Source of the DNA: an uncultured Arcobacteraceae bacterium
GTDB lineage: Bacteria; Campylobacterota; Campylobacteria; Campylobacterales; Arcobacteraceae
NCBI GenBank assembly: GCA_964022095.1
Contig: CAXHZO010000002.1
Coordinates: forward strand, 64,001 to 128,000
Length of the DNA stretch: 64,000 nt
Direction of reading: 5' to 3'
Every line of letters begins with the position of its first letter. The first letter of the stretch is position 1. A model generated the notes under the pieces. It made no database searches. It was not told where the DNA came from and saw only the letters and a list, made by a program, of their open reading frames with translations. The position numbers and the translations under genes were made by a program. Positions 61,251 through 64,000 of this stretch are shown here, piece after piece.

Positions 61251-61646
61251 TTAATTCTCTTTTTTCTTACTTTCTACTATAACCATATCAAAAGAGGTCT
61301 TTTTTACTACTAAAGCTTTTGTATCAGGAACTACTGACATATTATTGATTTTTTGTATTTTTGTTTTATATAGTTCTACATGAGTTTCTAATTCATTTAT
61401 TCTAGAATTTAATTTTAAAATAATATCAACTCCAGCAAGATTTACTCCTAAGTCTCTAGTTAATGTTAAAACATATTTTATATGGTCAATATCTTTTTGT
61501 GAATATAGCCTTATTTTTCCATTTGTTCTTGAGGGTTTTATTAAACCCTCTCTTTCATATTGTCTTAAAGTTTGAGGATGTATATTTAGTATCTCTGCAA
61601 CTGCTGAAATTAGATATACAGGCTCTTTATAGCTATTTTTATCCAT
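61251..61646 (-). CDS. hspR: Heat-shock repressor HspR (MerR family)
   Basis: EPVYLIS..A.IL.IHPQTLRQYEREGL, LTRDLGVNLAGV; downstream of cbpA. Confidence 0.97.
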   Translation of the reverse strand: MDKNSYKEPVYLISAVAEILNIHPQTLRQYEREGLIKPSRTNGKIRLYSQKDIDHIKYVLTLTRDLGVNLAGVDIILKLNSRINELETHVELYKTKIQKINNMSVVPDTKALVVKKTSFDMVIVESKKKEN

Positions 61647-61657
61647 GATAAACCTTT

Positions 61658-62521
61658 CTAGTTTTCAGGTAGTTTCTCTTCAAGAATTTTTACAAAATCT
61701 TCATCTAAATCTTCAACTTTAGGTAATACAATATTTGCTTTTAAATATAAATCACCCTTAACTCCTGCTTTTCTATTTAGTATTCCAAGCTCTTTAACTC
61801 TAAATCTTTGATTTTGTTTAGTATTTTGGGGAACTTTTAGTGTTATATCTTTATGAATTGTACTTATTTGTACTTTACCACCAAATAGTGCTGTTTTTAA
61901 TGGAACATCAAATGCTTTAATTAATGTATCATCGTCTAACTCATAATCAGGACTTGATGAAACATTTATTTTGATAATTAAATCACCTCTTTGTCCTTGA
62001 TAAGATTTTCCTTTCCCTTTTGCTCTAATTTTTTGTCCATCTCTAATTCCCTCTGGAATCTTGATATCAAAAGACTCATTGTTTAAACTTATGTGTTGTT
62101 TACCACCTACAACTGCTGTTGTAAATGGTATAGTGATTTGTGCACTCATATCTAAATCTGGTTCATTAAAACCACCAAAGCCACCTTGATTAAAACCGCC
62201 TCCGCCAAAGCCACCTCCGCCTTGACCAAACATTTGTCTTAATATTTCATCTAAATCAACACCTTGACCTTGACCTCTTGCAAAGTCATGGAAGTTTTGA
62301 CCTCCAAACATTGAATCACCATATTGATCATATTGTTGTTTTTTTTCTGGGTCACTTAAAACTTCGTATGCACCGTTGATCTCTTTAAATTTTTCTTCTG
62401 CACTAGCTTCTTTATTTACATCTGGATGATATTTTCTTGCTAGTTTTCTATACGCTTTTTTAATTTCATCTGCTGATGCAGTATCTGAAATTTCAAGTGT
62501 TTCATATAAACTTTTTGCCAT
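61658..62521 (-). CDS. cbpA: DnaJ-like co-chaperone CbpA
   Basis: J-domain with HPD, G/F-rich linker, DnaJ C-terminal domain, no zinc finger. Confidence 0.93.
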   Translation of the reverse strand: MAKSLYETLEISDTASADEIKKAYRKLARKYHPDVNKEASAEEKFKEINGAYEVLSDPEKKQQYDQYGDSMFGGQNFHDFARGQGQGVDLDEILRQMFGQGGGGFGGGGFNQGGFGGFNEPDLDMSAQITIPFTTAVVGGKQHISLNNESFDIKIPEGIRDGQKIRAKGKGKSYQGQRGDLIIKINVSSSPDYELDDDTLIKAFDVPLKTALFGGKVQISTIHKDITLKVPQNTKQNQRFRVKELGILNRKAGVKGDLYLKANIVLPKVEDLDEDFVKILEEKLPEN

Positions 62522-62565
62522 ATTTTTTCCTAATTAATAATAATTTCATAATTTAAATTTTTAAA

Positions 62566-62574
62566 ATTATATCA
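62566..62574 (-). promoter_or_regulatory. Extended -10 of cbpA-hspR
   Basis: Minus-strand TGATATAAT about 45 nt upstream of the cbpA ATG. Confidence 0.7.
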
Positions 62575-62603
62575 TAACCTTGAGTCAAAGTCAATCAAGG
62601 TTA
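62575..62603. promoter_or_regulatory. HAIR element (HspR operator)
   Basis: TAAC-CTTGAGT-CAAAGTC-AATCAAG-GTTA; one mismatch to the HAIR consensus CTTGAGT-N7-ACTCAAG; directly upstream of cbpA-hspR. Confidence 0.9.
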
Positions 62604-62653
62604 GGAATTTATCTAGCATTTAGTATAATACTTTAACAAGAAATAGGATTAAC

Positions 62654-62980
62654 ATGTTTGAAAAAGATGAGTGGACTCAACCTGAATTATTTAAATACGT
62701 AAAAGAGTTAGAAAAGCAAGGTATAAAGGTTGTTTTAATAGACACAATTTTAAAGCCACTTGATAATATTGAGACAATTACATACAATCCTTTTGAAATG
62801 ATAAACTATCCAAAAGATTCAGTTTTTGTTTTTTACTGTGATACAGGTAAGAGTACTAAAGAGAGACTAAACTATTATAAAAAGAAGTTCCCAGATTATA
62901 AGTGTATTAGTTTAAAAGGTGGAAGAGGTTATTGGAGACCAAACTATCAATTACTAGATGAAATAGGTAAAAATGTCTAA
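62654..62980 (+). CDS. Rhodanese-like single-domain protein
   Basis: VFVFYCDTGKST active-loop-like motif and SLKGG...W. Confidence 0.7.
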   Translation: MFEKDEWTQPELFKYVKELEKQGIKVVLIDTILKPLDNIETITYNPFEMINYPKDSVFVFYCDTGKSTKERLNYYKKKFPDYKCISLKGGRGYWRPNYQLLDEIGKNV

Positions 62981-64000
62981 GAAACAGTATGAGAATATAA
63001 TTATTGGTGCAGGAATTGCCGGTAGCTGTTTAGCTTATTTTATAAGTAAATATAGCGATGATGTAATTTTAATTGATAAAAATGAAGATGTAGCATTTGG
63101 TGCAAGTGGTGCTGCTGGAGCTTTTTTATCTCCACTACTTGGAAAGCCTAATAACTTCAAAGACTTAATAACAAGCTCATTAAAGTTTTCAGTTGATTTT
63201 TATAGAACAAACTTTAGTGAAGATATTACAAGTTGTGGCACATGCAGAATTCCAAAAGATCAAAAAGATAAAGAAAAATTTGATTCATACAAACCTTATA
63301 TGGATTTTGATTATAAAGAGTTTGAAGATGGATATTTTTTTGAAATAGGCAGTGTTGTTAACTCTTATAACATTTGTAAAAAATTAACTAACAATATTCA
63401 AAAGCTTCTAAATTATGAAGTAACTAGTATTGAAAAAATAGATGAATTTTGGATTATTAATAATGAATTAAAAGCTAAAAATCTTTTTTTATGTACAGGT
63501 GCTGATGTTTCATTGATTAATGAAAAGTATGTAAAAATTAGAGCTGTATGGGGTCAAAAAATTGATGTTAAAACAAGTAATACAATAAATGTAAATTATC
63601 ACAAAGCTTGTTCAATTTCTGTATCAAAACCTCTAGCTAATGAGAATAAAAGTCTCATTTCAATTGGAGCTACCCACAATAGATTTGATAAAGATATGTC
63701 AAATAGTAGTTATAACTTAAAACTTAAAAATATTAATAAAATAGACCATGATAGTAATACCCAATCAATTATGAAAGAAGATTGCGAAAAACTATTAGAG
63801 TTAGCAAATGATATAAAGCCATTAAAAAATGTTGAAATTGTTGATATAAAAATTGGTGCAAGGGCTTCAAGCAATGATTATTTTCCTGTAGTTGGAAAAC
63901 TTGTTGATTCTAAAAGCTCTTTTGATAATTTTCCACATTTGATTAATGGTTCTTTTATTAAAGATGACAAGTTAAAAATGATAGATAATTTATTTATATT
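62973..64000 (+). CDS. FAD-dependent oxidoreductase (MnmC oxidase-domain-like); runs off the right edge
   Basis: Not in ORF track. ATG 62973: MSKKQYENIIIGAGIAG, GASGAAGAFLSP, AVWGQ, IGATH, GARASSNDYFPVVG. Confidence 0.85.
   Translation, partial: MSKKQYENIIIGAGIAGSCLAYFISKYSDDVILIDKNEDVAFGASGAAGAFLSPLLGKPNNFKDLITSSLKFSVDFYRTNFSEDITSCGTCRIPKDQKDKEKFDSYKPYMDFDYKEFEDGYFFEIGSVVNSYNICKKLTNNIQKLLNYEVTSIEKIDEFWIINNELKAKNLFLCTGADVSLINEKYVKIRAVWGQKIDVKTSNTINVNYHKACSISVSKPLANENKSLISIGATHNRFDKDMSNSSYNLKLKNINKIDHDSNTQSIMKEDCEKLLELANDIKPLKNVEIVDIKIGARASSNDYFPVVGKLVDSKSSFDNFPHLINGSFIKDDKLKMIDNLFI

Overview
Very AT-rich chromosomal segment of a Campylobacterota bacterium, most likely Arcobacteraceae. The assignment rests on conserved gene order (ubiX-coaD-tmk-hisS-speA-cysE; rplI-hslVU; tatD-mltD-rlpA-hisB-kdsC-lptC-lptA-engB; ppiD-ftsA-ftsZ; cbpA-hspR) and scattered flagellar genes with sigma70-like promoters. 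It is mostly core genome with short accessory stretches. I found no rRNA, tRNA, CRISPR array, IS element or prophage. Main points: (1) a full-length AcnA-like protein keeps its three Fe-S cysteines but has lost the catalytic Ser and other substrate-binding residues, a possible IRP-like sensor; (2) a serine-recombinase homologue lacks the catalytic Ser but has an intact HTH, a possible domesticated regulator; (3) an unannotated 19-aa leader ORF with its own strong SD overlaps the start of a CNNM/CorB-family gene; (4) tatD can only be full length from a non-canonical start, most plausibly ATT; (5) a nickel SOD pair sodN-sodX; (6) an orphan HerA/FtsK-type ATPase with DUF937, YegP and HutZ-like neighbours; (7) an RND permease split into two in-frame genes; (8) three probable leaderless genes, a HAIR operator and a missed 59-aa lipoprotein. 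All calls come from motif reading only; no database searches were run.
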